64,000 nucleotides of DNA, taken from NCBI GenBank assembly GCA_976551045.1, contig CDPCPM010000063.1, positions 21,080,001-21,144,000 of the forward strand, read 5' to 3'. A program made the position numbers and the translations under genes. The stretch is from Glaucostegus cemiculus. Taxonomy: Eukaryota. The notes under the pieces are model-generated. The model made no database searches, was not told the DNA's origin, and saw only the letters and a program-made list of their open reading frames with translations. Shown here one piece after another: positions 1 to 12,445 of this stretch; position 1 is the first letter of the stretch; each line of letters begins with the position of its first letter.

Positions 1-1439
1 TTAGGTAATGGGGAAAGCATCAGAGCAAGTTCATGAGGCAGGGATCGATGCTATAATTGGACCAGGGTCCCTATGGGGAGGGAAAGTATAGATGGAAATC
101 AGAGACTTGATGGGGCTTTGGACCAGTAAGGTAAAGGGCACCCAATGGAGAGAGGAGGTAGTGTGGCCTGCAGGAATGAAAATGTGATTGGGAACCCAAG
201 CAACATCAGAAATGAGGGTAGAGGGTGGGAACATCAAAATTATTTGACAGGCCATATAGCATTCAGGCTTAACTTTTTCACAAAAGCACAAGAAGATCTT
301 AAAGCCTGCTTCTATGTGAGCGGCAACTCTAATTATGGACCTGAGATGGCCAAATGAATTCTGTGTGAATGACATTAAAAAGTGCATTGCACCTTGTCTG
401 TCATCACCAATTGAGATGGTGGTCTCAGTGGGAAATTCAAAGAGGACTTACACACAAAGAGCCTGATTAGCTTGGGTGATGAGGTTTTAGATTAGTACAG
501 TGCTCAAAAAGAGTGTGTTGCACAAAAGAATTACTGGTGCTTGATTTATTAACAACTGAATCACTGGTGTAGAATGAATCAGCAAAGGATACACAAATGA
601 GATATGCATTTCAGTTTTTTAGAAGGTCAAGCCGATGCTAATAAATAGAGCATCTATGAAATTCAATTACTGTAGTCCAATAAAAAGAAATCAAATGACT
701 ATAAAGTAGGAAAATGTGACATGTGTCAAGGAGATCATGCAGACACCTTAAATGTTTTGCCCGTTAAAATAGCTGGGATTATCATTGTGAATCTGGGATA
801 TTCTGGAAAAATTCTGAAATAAGTGGCCAGTCGATATAAAGCATCAGCAAATTACATATTAACAAATAATAGCAATAATTATACAGTGGACATTAGAAGG
901 CTTGGCAGTGTGAAAGAGCAGTTGGTTTTGGGGTACAGGTTGACCAAATTTTAAAGGCTCGAAAGACTTCCAGTGTTCATAAAATCATATATCATTGAAG
1001 GTCAAACCTACCTATCACGTCTTTGGAAGAACAAATGGTCCCTGACCCCCATTCTTTTCCTGCAGCCCTGCAAAACCTACCTTTTCAAATATGGATCCCA
1101 TTTCCTTCTGAAAATTGCTAATAAACCGCTTCCATGGTCTTTTCAGTTAGCATAAATTTCCAGAGTGACTTTCAGCAGCTCAAGTTCTGAATCTGCCAGT
1201 TGATCACAAACTGACATTCACATGCCCATTTTTCAGTGTTGTCCATGAAGGCCTACATTTTGTGTGCAGGATAAATTTTGACCTACCCAACACACCCAGT
1301 GAACAGACCAACTATTGTTTATATAGCATCATATAATCTTTATATGCACTTACATGATTGGACAAGACTTCAGGTTAATACTTTCACTTGCACCTGTGTT
1401 AATACTTGGTACCAAGACGTCACTTTCACTTGTGTGCTG

Positions 1440-1517
1440 AAATTCTGAAATGGGATTTGAACCTCTCACTCTTCTTATTCAAAGATAAGAATGTTACTTC
1501 TGTGTCATGGCTGACAG
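1440..1517 (-). mobile_element. Degenerate tRNA-derived SINE head (DeuSINE/SacSINE1-like)
   Basis: Reverse complement reads tgtcagccatgacacagaagtaacattc...gaggttcaaatcccatttcaga, with A-box-like and B-box-like (GGTTCAAATCC) motifs. Confidence 0.4.
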
Positions 1518-1642
1518 TTAGCAAGTTTTTGATTACTATTGGTACCGGATTGGTAATTTTTAAGATGACAAGTGGAGGTTGTTGAGTTGGTGGATTGTAT
1601 AAATGTGGCTAGCACCCAATTAATTGTTTATGATAGCCTTAC

Positions 1643-1654
1643 CTCAGCTATACA
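1643..1654 (-). CDS. Candidate 12-nt micro-exon of unidentified host gene
   Basis: Minus strand: attttaatttag|TGTATAGCTGAG|gtaagg, with a strong donor. Confidence 0.35.
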
Positions 1655-1780
1655 CTAAATTAAAATCTGAAGAATTATATCTGTATTATGCGGAGGGTGA
1701 TGTATATATTTATTGGAATGACATACACTAGATGCAAGACTTAATTATACAGATAAAGGGAATGAAAGTCGAATACTCAC

Positions 1781-1797
1781 GTAGTCCTGAGAAACGA
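1781..1797 (-). CDS. Candidate 17-nt micro-exon of unidentified host gene
   Basis: Minus strand: tcatttattttattttatag|TCGTTTCTCAGGACTAC|gtgagt, with strong acceptor and donor and a 126-nt intron to the next candidate. Confidence 0.45.
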
Positions 1798-2399
1798 CTA
1801 TAAAATAAAATAAATGACAGTAATTAAGTTCAAAATTAGCTTTCAAAAACAAAGCCAGAGGCTTTCTTCAGTGAACAAAAACTATTCAAAATGCGCTTGT
1901 AGATACATAGTCAAGGTGTTCAGTTATTTATATTGAAAATTGCCTTCATGCCTATGTTTTATTCAAATGTAAAAGAATATTTGCAAAAATATACAAGAAA
2001 TAAAATGTCTTCTCTAAATCAAAAGGAAAACTTCACGTGTACTTTTAATTGTGATTGCAGTATTACGGTTTTCTTGAAAGACATAATGTAGGCCTTTAAA
2101 GGGAAGAATTTGGATAACACTGAAATGGGCATGTGAATTGCAGTCTGTGATCAGCCTGCACAGCTTCACAACTAAAGCTGCTAAAGATCACTCTGGAAAT
2201 TCATGATCAGATCTTACTGTCATGATTGGAATGCCCAGCTGGAGGTAATTCTGCTGGCACTAATAAGTGCAGCCAAATTTCAGAAGTTTCTAGCAACAAT
2301 TGGAGCTAGCCTGCAATAATCAAAGGCCTGTGTTTCTTAAAAGGAGACATGCACTGTGTTTGCAAATGGTCACAAAAGTCATGTCACAGATTGGGGAGC

Positions 2400-3300
2400 A
2401 TGATGAAAAATGATGGACAACCATCATTTATCTGACTCAGCAGCTGAGCAATGGTGAACGATATGGAAAGCAGAAGACACAGTGAGGCAGAAAATTGTCC
2501 AGGAGTATTGTCCATATTGAAAGTGAATGTCAGGAGTCAAGCCAACGAACCTGAATCCAGTGTAGATTGATGTGTAATGATCTCACTGAGTCACAAATAC
2601 ATGCTTCACCCAGGCCACCCACACCCCCAAAAGCCCCAGAAGCCCAATCGATCAATGTATCCACATCAGTTACATCAGAAAAATCTTGCAGGAGTCAGAT
2701 GTAACATTCACATATCCCACCACATTTACCACTAAATCTTTCACCTTGCACACGTTGTCATCTTTTCAATCATCAGCCAAAAGCAACACATGATACTCAT
2801 TGATATGCCTCTCTCTCAAAGTGGCACACAACTATCAACAACTGCAGCAGACTGATCTGAGTTAGGGCAGGCAATGTTTCACTACATTGGAGCACTGAGT
2901 GCTCATTATTTTGGGGGCTGCCACTGTAGAAGTTGTAAGCACCCTGAAAAAATATGGATGATGGTATGTCTATGTCTTACCCTTATTCTAATGTCTCTCT
3001 CTTCTCTCATCTGCAATCTTTTCAGATTTATGAGATGCAAATGTATATTTTACATGCCCAGCCCACCTCATCAGCTTTGTTGTAATCCTAACCCGTGTTT
3101 CTCCTTTACATTTTGCACAATTAAGGTACCCCAGATACGAAAGGTCAAAGATACATAGCAGTTCTGCGAGGTAAAGCTTAGATGAAGATGGGATGCCTAA
3201 AAGCTCAGAGACACAGCAAAAAGTTTAGTGAACTGCGAAGTGCTGCAAGAGGCATAGGTTAGCCACAGCTGCCTGAAATGACCTGGAGGCTAAATTCAGG
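2400..3300 (+). pseudogene. Decayed Harbinger Myb/SANT-like accessory gene (copy 1)
   Basis: 2420-2600 reads across frameshifts as ..DSAAE-MVNDMESRRH..KVNVRSQA..IQCRLMCNDLTES. 2818-2935 reads KVAHNYQQLQQT...TTLEH*VLIILGAATVEV, matching exons 1 and 2 of the copy at 38700-40308. Confidence 0.65.
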
Positions 3301-4639
3301 CCCACTGTGAACTTCGTACCATATGCAAAGCAGTTAAGGCACAAGTTCGTCACTGGAGTTCTGCAGCATAAATACCATCCAATTAACTTGGGCAAACACT
3401 TCATTGATTAAATGACTGAAGTCTCCGCTAACTACTTCTTTACTTGCCGCGTAATTCAATTTGTTAAATAAGGCAAAGCTGCTATAATAGTGTAATTGTG
3501 GATTATAATTGAACTTAAGTGCACATTAGAACCCATCTCAAACCAGCTGGTCAGAATCCAGAAAGAAACATTAAATGGTCAAGAAATGAATGACCATGTA
3601 CCTTCTTTTCTTATCTTTAGCAAACCTGTGTCAGACCAGTAGTCATAGCTCACCTTGTAAAATGTTTCAAATTATTCCATGCACTTCCCCCATCCTACCT
3701 CCTATTTTTTGACGTGGCTGAATATAGTTGCCTTCAAACTATAATCTCGATCATGACTTCAAATGAATTTCAGAACATTATTGGCTTCTGCTGAGCATTG
3801 AGCAGTATTTCACACACATAAAATAAAAATCATTGAATGCTATGAGATTATTTTTCATGCCTGCTGACGAAAGGAAATTCTTTTACAAGGAAAAATAATA
3901 TTTCAAACGTGATTACAAAATCAGACTGTAGCATAGCAGGATAAGGTATTAAACATACCACTACAAGTCAGATTCGTATTTCAGGACTGCTTAATCATTG
4001 ATCTCAGAGCTCCAGCTCCATGTTTTTGCACAACACCTGGATTTGAGCCTTGAATTATTATATACTCATTATAGGTTTCTTCTCCATTCAAAAACAACAT
4101 TTAGTTGTTATCACAGCTATACCGACAGTGGGCCCAGGTGGAGAAAGTATCTAAATTATAATATGCTGAGGTAGGCACTGGGCTAAGTGGTCTTCTCTCA
4201 TACTTGCACACAAAAATCTTATTTTGTTTTCTTTACTTAGGAGGCAAGTGAGGGAAAGAGGTGAGAAAGTTAAGTAGTGAGAAAACAAATAACAACACAA
4301 GGAACAACAAGATGAAGGGATGTAGGAGTAAGGGATGAGAGCATGAAGGAGGGAAGAAAGTAAAACACAAGTGGAAAAGGGTAAGTGAAAGGCAACATGG
4401 GAATGCAAGGTCAGATTGTTTCTAAATATTACAGAAATTCATCAAAGGACAGTTGTTTGGATAAGTAGTACAGATAGAAAACTTGGTTTGAGGCAGTGTA
4501 AGGGATTCAGATAATATTACAAACTGTCAATGCTCAAATAGTTAATGATGGTGGGTGAATAGCCATATCCTCTGGACATTCCTATCTGTGCACCCCCATC
4601 AAAGCCGTGAACCACTAACATAGTATGGCCATGCTTCCT

Positions 4640-5620
4640 TCCCTAGCCTGTGAACCTGTGGACTAATTCTCTAGATTTCACTCCAGCACCTTAAACTGTG
4701 TTTCCATGCTCTAAATCAGGCACACTTACTCGATGCGGTCGCATGTCCTAGAATGTGTTCCAGACCCATCAGGCTGCTTTTCCATGCCACAGACTGTGCT
4801 CTGTGCAGCATGGTAGTGTAGCAGTTAGGGTAACGCTATTAAAGCACCAGCGACCCGGGTTCAATTCCTGTCACTGTCTGCAAGGAGTTTGTATGTTATC
4901 CACATGTGTCTGTGTGGGTTTCCTCCGGGTGCTCCGGTTTCCTCCCACATTCCAAAGACGTACAGGTTAGGAATTTGTGGGCATGCTATGTTTCACTGCG
5001 TGTTTCGATGTACATGTGACTAATAAATAAATATCTTAAATAAGTATCTCTAGTACCTCAGACTGAATGTCAGTGGCCCAGGCTGCCCTTCTGCACACCA
5101 GGCTACGCATCTTCACACTAGACTGTGCTCCTATATCCCAGGTTATCTCTGTTCACCCAGTGCTGTGCTCCTGTATCCCAGTATGTGCTTACGTGCCTCA
5201 AACTGCCCTCCCATGCCCCACACTGTGCTGCCTTGTCCCATGTGTTGCTCCTGCGCCCTTAGTGTGCTTCTGGACCCCACACTGTGCTTCAATGCTGCAG
5301 ATTCTACTCCCAAACTTCAGGCTGTGCTCTTGCATCTCAGTTTACATTCCTATCCTCAGACTGTGCCCCAGTGCCACAAACTGTCTTCTCTTGCACCAGA
5401 CTGTGCCCCTACATCTCACAACAATGCTCTCCTCCCCCATATTGTGTTCCTGTGCTGCAGAATGTGCTCCAGTACCCAAGACTCCTTCACTTCAGACTGT
5501 CCTCCAGTATCCAAGGCTGTGCTCCAAAGTTCCAGGTTAAGCTACAGTGCACCAAGAGGCTTTACCGATAAGTGCTCCAAAACAGCACGCAGGCTGCATT
5601 CCAGTCCTCCCAGTTTCTGC
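4640..5620 (+). repeat. Degenerate 20-bp minisatellite (consensus ~ACTGTGCTCCAGTACCCCAG), split by a SINE
   Basis: Units such as aatgtgctccagtacccaag (5461), actgtcctccagtatccaag (5496) and gctgtgctccaaagttccag (5516). They explain the overlapping ORFs containing TVLQYPRLC and DCAPVPQ. Confidence 0.8.
4805..5037 (+). mobile_element. V-SINE (tRNA-derived head, V-domain core) with Rex/Babar-like 3' tail
   Basis: Head with B box gggttcaattcc; V core tgggtttcctccgggtgctccggtttcctcccaca; tail tttcactg..gtacatgtgactaataaa. Confidence 0.85.
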
Positions 5621-6000
5621 TAATGCAAGGAGAACTGCTTTTACAAAGCATGCAATTCAGGATTTTGGTGAGTGGTGGAATTTGATAAGTATGTGGAAAG
5701 AAGCACTATGTTTATATCTTAAAGAATTATTAGAGATGAATTAAGACAAGTACCAGTGGTGGTAATCAAATCAGAAGTTTGAAGCAGAGAAAATAATCAA
5801 AGTTTGATATCACAGGAAGGTAATTAGCCACTGAGTATTTCAGTTTTGTCTTCGCTTCATCTTAAAAGGTATTCACATATCATAATCCAGTGCAAAATGT
5901 GTAACTAAAATTGGTACCTTTAAACTGAAATATTAATTAGATTAAATTATAATTAAAAGTTATTAATAGCTAGTTGCAAAACATAATTACTATTGAAATT

Positions 6001-7625
6001 ATGACAGACATGGTCTTCACTAGTGCCCACATGCTACATCTGTACTGTGTATTGTGGCTGTAGCATGTGGGTGCTAGTGGAGACCACTGTGGCCAACAGC
6101 CAGACCTGAATTATGTGTGTACAGCTCAAGGAACTCCAGCTCAGAGTCATTGAACTGGATTTGAGCTTTGGGAGGGAGAAGGTTAGCTGTACCCTATGTC
6201 CCTCAAGGCTAACACATCCCCTTTATTAAGTGTTATAGATTCAGTAAATGAAAAGGGACAGCAGGGTGAAGCAGGAATGGGGATCTAGAAGATAACATTG
6301 GAGAAGCCTCAGGCCTTAGGTAGAATAGTTTCGTAGCTAATGTGGTCAAGAACAAGACAAGGATGAACAAACTGATACGGGGGGCACTTAAGTACAGAGT
6401 TTGTAAAGTAACGACAGGACACAAATCTAGTTTAGGAGATAGGTATCGTTCTCTGCAATTGTAAACACAAGTCCACAGGGGTTTGTTGCTTGCCGGATAC
6501 CAGGGTTAATGACTGGAGAGGAACTTGGAGCAGGAAAGAAAAGATCCAATTGTCGTGATGCACGTAAGCATCAATTACATTGATACAACTGAAAATAAAC
6601 TTCTGCAGAGGGTCACTGAACGTCATGGTTCCAAATTAAAAAGATCTGGAAAGGCAATAATCTCTGAATTACTACCTGAGATGGGGCAGATTGGCATAAG
6701 GTCAACAAGATCAGAGAGTTGAATGTATGGCTCAAAGATTTGAAGAGGGTTTCAATTAATGGGCACTGACACCAGGACTGAAGAAAGAGTGAGCTGTTCC
6801 ACTTGGGATAGGCTACAGTTGAATTGGGTTGGGACTGGTGAATTGAATAACTAGGGCTGCAATTATGACTTTAGATAAATAACAGAGATGAAGGATTCAG
6901 GCGAGTTTATAAAGTTGAAGAGAAAGGAAAAGCAAATTTTGAAGGGCATTGAACAAACTAACAAAGGATGATTAAAATTCCAAAGAGAGAGAAAACAGAT
7001 TACAAGAGTAAGGTAGGAGGAGTATATAAAAAAAGACATAAGAGCTCTACAAGTATATAAAAAGAAAACAGATAAGGGAAACTTTGATCACTCAGACTGC
7101 AGAATTAATAACAGAAAATAAGGAAATGGCAGACTTTGAACAATTATCTTGTATGAATTTATAGTTAAAGACTCTGAATGCATTACACTAATAGTACAAA
7201 TTCCCAGGACACAAGAGAAGGAGAAACTTTAAACAGTCACTATAATAAGGGAAAGGGCACTTTGGAAACTAATGACTCTGAAGGCTAACAAGATCTCTGG
7301 ACATGATGGTCTGCATTCCAGGGTGTGAAAAGAGGCAAATGCAGAGATAGTGGGAAAAAGGAGGGAGAAAAAAAGCAGAAAACCATGAGAGTTAGCCTAA
7401 TATCTGTTGTTGGGAAAATGCTAGAATCCAATATTAAGAAACCAGAAACAGGACATTTATAAAATTAAAATACAATTAAGCAGAATCTATATGGTTTTAT
7501 GAAAGGAAAATCATGTTTTGCAAATTTATTAGGGTGTTCTTTGTGGATGTAATACACTGGGTCGATAAGGGAGAACCAGTGGATGCAAGGTATTTGGATT
7601 TCCAAAAGCTATTTAATAAGTAACT
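6001..7625 (+). mobile_element. Old CR1 LINE remnant (ORF1 Zn-finger/esterase and ORF2 RT pieces)
   Basis: ORF 6525 (DPIVVMHVSINYID) resembles the SGNH esterase; 7470-7620 gives GFMKGKSCF..YLDFQKLF RT motifs with stops. Confidence 0.75.
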
Positions 7626-7964
7626 AGACTATCTGACTTGCCAATTTCTAATAGCAACATAGTTGCCGACAATCCCTTCTTATGTTGTTTGGTGGCTAAA
7701 CCAGCAGTGTCAAACACATCTCACCAAGCCAGCCATCCGTCCCCCACCCAGTGGAGGGTTTTGTTGCAGCAAGGAGTATTTGGAAGCAGCAGGAGACATC
7801 CATTGGCATCTATCCAGGCTCCACCAAAATCTGGTGCTTGGGACTTGGAGGTGTTTGGGATGTAGAGTGAGTATGGAGGAATGAAAATGCAGTTAATTTT
7901 TTATTATTTTACCTAATTCTTCTTAATATTTCTTATAATGAAGAGCGACCTATCTTCACGCAGG

Positions 7965-7976
7965 CACGTGACGTCA
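7965..7976 (+). promoter_or_regulatory. Overlapping E-box (CACGTG) and CRE (TGACGTCA) in the CR1 5'UTR, followed by TATA-like tttaaaaa
   Basis: cacgtgacgtca at 7965-7976; function is inferred. Confidence 0.45.
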
Positions 7977-8147
7977 GCCAGTAGAGCAGGAGAGGTTTAA
8001 AAAGACCGCCATATCCAGCGGTCAGCGTTCGGATCGGGCAACGGAGTGAAAGGTAGCAGAGTGATAGGGCTTTGGCTCAACAGGCTTACGCGGTAACGGG
8101 ACGAGGCAAGGTAGGTTTACCTGTGCTATTTGCAGAAAGCGAGTAGT

Positions 8148-9083
8148 ATGAGTGTGATGCCGGTTTTCTGTGCTCAGTGTCAGATGTGGGAGGTCCTGGA
8201 GTCTCCCAGCCTCCTGGACGGCCACATCTGCACCCAGTGTGTCAAGCTGCAGCTCCTAAAGGACCATATTAGGGAACTGGAGATGCAGCTCAATGACCTT
8301 CATCTGGTCAGGGAGAGTGGAGGAGGTGATAGAAAGGAGTTATAAGCAGGTGGTCACACCAGAGCCACGGGGGACAGGAAGGCGGGTCACAGTCAGGAGG
8401 GGGAAGGGGAAGAGTCTTGTACTAGGGAGTCCTTCTGTGGCTCTACCCCTTGACAATAAGTACTCCTGTTTGAGTACTGTTGGGGGGAGCAGCCTACCTG
8501 GCGGACGCAACAGTGGCCATGCCTCTAGCACAGAGTCCGGCTCTGTGGCTCAGAAGGGTAGGGAAAGGAAGAGGAAGGCAGTAGTGATAGCGGACTCTAC
8601 AGTTAGGGGGTCAGACAGGCAATTCTGTGGACGCAGGACAGAAATTCCGATGCTAGCTTGCCTCCCAGGTGCCGGGGTCCAGGATGTTTCATATCGCATC
8701 CAAGATATCCTGCAGTGGGAGGGACAACAGCCAGAGGTCGTGGTACATATTGGTACCAATGATATAGGTAGGAAAAGGGATGAGGTCCTGAAAAAAGATT
8801 ACAGGGAGTTAGGAAGGAAGTTGAGAAGCAGGACCACAAAGGTAGTAATCTTGGGATTACTGCCTGTGCCACACGGCACTGAGTATAGGAATAGAATGAG
8901 GTGGAGGATAAATGTGTGCCTGAGGGATTGGAGCAGGGGACAGGGACTCAGATTTCTGGATCATTGGGACCTCTTTTGGAACAGGTGTGACCTGTACAAA
9001 AAGACGGGTTGCACTTGAATCCCAGGGGGACCAATATCCTGGCGGGGAGGTTTGCTAAGGCTACTGGGGAGAATTTAAACTAG
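8148..9083 (+). pseudogene. CR1 ORF1 (Cys/His zinc finger-leucine zipper plus SGNH/GDSL esterase), frameshifted
   Basis: CAQC..HICTQC followed by leucine heptads; VIADSTVRG, HIGTND and DGLHLN esterase blocks; frameshifts near 8318 and 9000. Confidence 0.88.
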
Positions 9084-9189
9084 AATTGTTGGGGGGTGGG
9101 AACCGAACTGGGGAAGAGGCGGTTGGCTCTCAAATAGAGAAAGCTTGTATACATTGCGAGAGGGAGGATAGGCAGGTGATAGAGAATGG

Positions 9190-11870
9190 ACAAGACGGTT
9201 TGAGATGTGTCTATGTTAATGCAAGGAGATTTGTGAACAAAGCAGATGAGCTTAGAGTGTGGATCAGTACTTGGAGCTATGATGTGGTGGCTGTTATGAA
9301 GACTTGGATGGCTCAGGGACGGGAATGGTTACTTCAAATGCCAGGTTTTAGATGTTTCAGAAAGGACAGGGAGGGAGGCAAAAGAGGTGGGGGAGTGGCA
9401 CTGTTGATCAGAGACAAAGTCATGGCTGCAGAAAAGGTGGACAACATAGAGGGGTTGTCTACGGAGTCCTGTGGGTTAAGGTTAGGAACAGGAAGGAGTC
9501 AATAACTTTACTGGGTGATTTTTATAGGCTGCCCAGTAGTAATAGGGATATCGAGGAGCAGATCCTGGGAAGGTGTAATAATAACAGAGTTACCGTGATG
9601 GGAGATTTTAGTTTTCCAAATATCGATTGGAATCTCCCTAGAGCAAGGGGTTTAGATGGGGTGGAGCTTGTTAGGTGTGTTCAGGAAGGCTTCTTGACAC
9701 AATATGTAGATAAGCCTACAAGAGGAGAGACTGTACTTGATTTGGTATTGGGAAATGAACCTGGTCAGGTGTCTGGTCTCTCAGTGGGAGAGCATTATGG
9801 AGATAGTGATCATAATTCTATCTCCTTTACAATAGCATTGCAGAGAGATAGGAACAGACAAGTCAGAAAAGCGTTTAATTGGAGTAAGGGGAATTATGAG
9901 GCTCTCAGGCAAGAAACTGGAAGCTTAAATTGGGAACAGATGTTCTCAGGAAAAAGTACGGAAGAAATATGGCAAATATTCAGGGGATATTTGTGTGGAG
10001 TTCTGCATAGGTACGTTCCAATGAGGCAGGGAAATTATGATAGGGTACAAGAACCATGGTGTACAAAGGCTGTAATAAATCTAGTCAAGAAGAAAAGTTT
10101 ACAAAAGGTTCAGAGAGCAAGGTAATGTTAGAGATCTGAAAGATTATAAGGCTAACAGGAAGGAGTTTAAGAAGGAAATTAGTAGAGCCAGAAGAGGCCA
10201 TGAGAAGGCCTTGGCGGGCAAGATTAAGGAAAACCCCAAGGCATTCTACAAGTATGTGGAAAGCAAAAGGATAAAACGTGAAAGAATAGGACCGATCAAG
10301 TGTAACAGTGGGAAAGTGTGTATGGATCCAAGGAAATGCAGCAGTATTTAATGAATACCTTACTTCAGTATTCACTAGAGAAAAGGATCTTGGTGATTGT
10401 AGTGATGACTTGCAGCAGACTGAAAAGCTTGAGCATTTAGGTATTAAAAAAGACGATGTGCTGGAGCTTTTGGAAAACATGAAGATAGATAAGTCACTGG
10501 GACTGGATGAGATGTACTCCAGGCTATTGTGGGAGGTGAAGGAGGAGATTGCTAAACCTCTGGTGATGATCTTTGCATTATCAATGGGGATGGGAGAGGT
10601 TCTAGACGATTGGCAGGTTGCAGATGTTGTTCTCTTATTCAAGAAAGGGAGTAGAGATAGCCCAGGAAATTATAGACCAGTGAGTTTTACTTCAGTGGTT
10701 GGTAAGCTGATGGAGAAGATCCTGAGAGGCAGGATTTATGAACATTTGGAGAGGTGTAATATGATTAGAAATAGTCAGCATGGCTTTGTCAAGGGCAGGC
10801 CCGGCCTTAAAAGCCTGATTAAATTTTTTGAGGATGTGACTAAACACATTGATGAAGAAAGAGCAGTAGATGTAGTGTATATGGATTTCAACAAGGCGTT
10901 TTATAAGATACCCCATGTAAGGCTTATGGAGAAAGTAAGAAAGCATGGGATCCAAGGCCATATTGCTTTGTGGATCCCAAACTGGCTTACCCACAAAAGG
11001 CAAAGAGTGGCTGTTGACGGGTCACATTCTGCATGGAGATCGGTGACCAGTGGTGTACCTCAGGGATCTGTTCTGGGACCCTTCCTCTTCATCATTTTTA
11101 TAAATGAGCTGGTGAGGAAGTGGAATAGAATGCAAAACTGGGCTGAGAAGTGGCAGATGGAGTTCAACACAGATAAGTGTGAAGTGGTTCATTCTGGTAG
11201 GTCAAATATGATGGCAGAATATAGTATTAACGGTAAGACACTTGGTAGTGTGGAGAATCAGAGGGATCTTGGGGTCTGAGTCTATAGGACGCTCAAAGCA
11301 GCTGTAAAGATTGACTCTGTAGTTAAGAAGGCATATGGTGTATTGTCCTTCATCAATCGTGGAATTGAATTTAGGAGTCGAGAGGTAATGTTGCAGCTAT
11401 ATAGGACCCTGGTCAGACCCCACTTGGAGTATTGTGTTCATTTCTGGTCACCTCGCTACAGGAAGGATGTGGAAGCCACAGGAAGGGTGCAGAAGAGATT
11501 TACAAGGATGTTACCTGGATTGGGTAGCATGCCTTATGAAAACAGGTTGAGTAAACTCGGCCTTTTCTCCTTGGAGCGACAGAGGATGAGGGGGGACCTG
11601 ATAGAGGTGTATAACATGACGAAAGGCATTGATCATGTGGATAGAGGCTTTTTCCCAGGGCAGAAATAGTTGCCACAAGAGGACACAGGTTTAAGGTGAT
11701 GGGGAGTAGGTACAGAGGAGATGTCAGGAGTAAGTTTTTTACTCAGGGTGGTGAGTGTGTGGAATGGGCTGCCGGCAATGGTGCTGGATGCAGATTCGAT
11801 AGGGTCTTTTAAGAGACTTTTGGATAGGTACATAGAGCTTAGAAAAATAGAGGGCTATGGGTAAGCCTAG
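9190..11870 (+). pseudogene. CR1 ORF2 (APE endonuclease plus reverse transcriptase), disrupted
   Basis: YVNAR, GDFSFPNIDW and SDHN endonuclease motifs; NYRPVS, QHGF and SGVPQGSVLGP RT motifs. Several frameshifts; the FADD segment is missing near 11120. Confidence 0.92.
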
Positions 11871-12039
11871 TAATTTTTAAGGTAGGGACATGTTCAGCAC
11901 AACTTTGTGGGCCGAAAGGCCTGTATTGTGCTGTAGGTTTTCTACGTTTCTGTGTTTCTATTAATATTTTCTGCAGCATAAGACATTCACCCAGGGTCTA
12001 TGTATACCAGGATTAGGCAAGGACAACAAATTGTTTTTA

Positions 12040-12301
12040 AATTAAATTAAATTTTATTTTATTTTATTTACAGCATGGTAACAGGCACTTTCGGCCCAAC
12101 AAGTCCGCGCCGCCCATTTTAAACCCTCAAATTAACCTACACGTACATCTTTTAGAATGTGGGATGAAACCGGAGCACCCGGAGGAAACCCATGCAGACA
12201 CGGGAGAACGTACAAACTCCTTACACTCAGCAACGGGAATCGAACCCCGATCGCTGGTGCTGTAACAGCATCGTGCTAACCGCTACGCTATCGTGCCGCC
12301 C
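12040..12301 (-). mobile_element. HE1-like V-SINE with CR1-type tail
   Basis: Reverse complement closely matches the SINE at 50950-51205 (tRNA-like head, V core, A-rich end). Confidence 0.9.
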
Positions 12302-12445
12302 AATAAGCTCCCTTCCCCTCATTCAAGTATACAACTCATCTGTTGTGGGATGGATACGGTCTCCAAACCAGGAAACATATTGCATATCTAGCAAGAAAAA
12401 AACAGTGCCATAGTAGCAAAGATCAGGCATCCTTTATTGTTAGTC

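Larger units (their letters stand above)
7932..11960 (+). mobile_element. Near full-length CR1 LINE (~4 kb) with candidate 9-bp TSD
   Basis: 5'UTR, ORF1, EN-RT ORF2 and a 3' tail ending in ttctacgtttctgtgtttcta. TTAATATTT flanks both ends (7923-7931 and 11961-11969). Confidence 0.92.

Noticed and set aside
31-387. 118-aa ORF at the window start
   Set aside because: No recognisable motif; probably decayed repeat sequence.
3654-3717. Minus-strand exon candidate with gtgagc donor
   Set aside because: All three frames contain stop codons.
5067-5623. Three overlapping Cys/Pro-rich ORFs (95-157 aa)
   Set aside because: They are by-products of the stop-free 20-bp minisatellite; the same peptide cycle appears in all frames.
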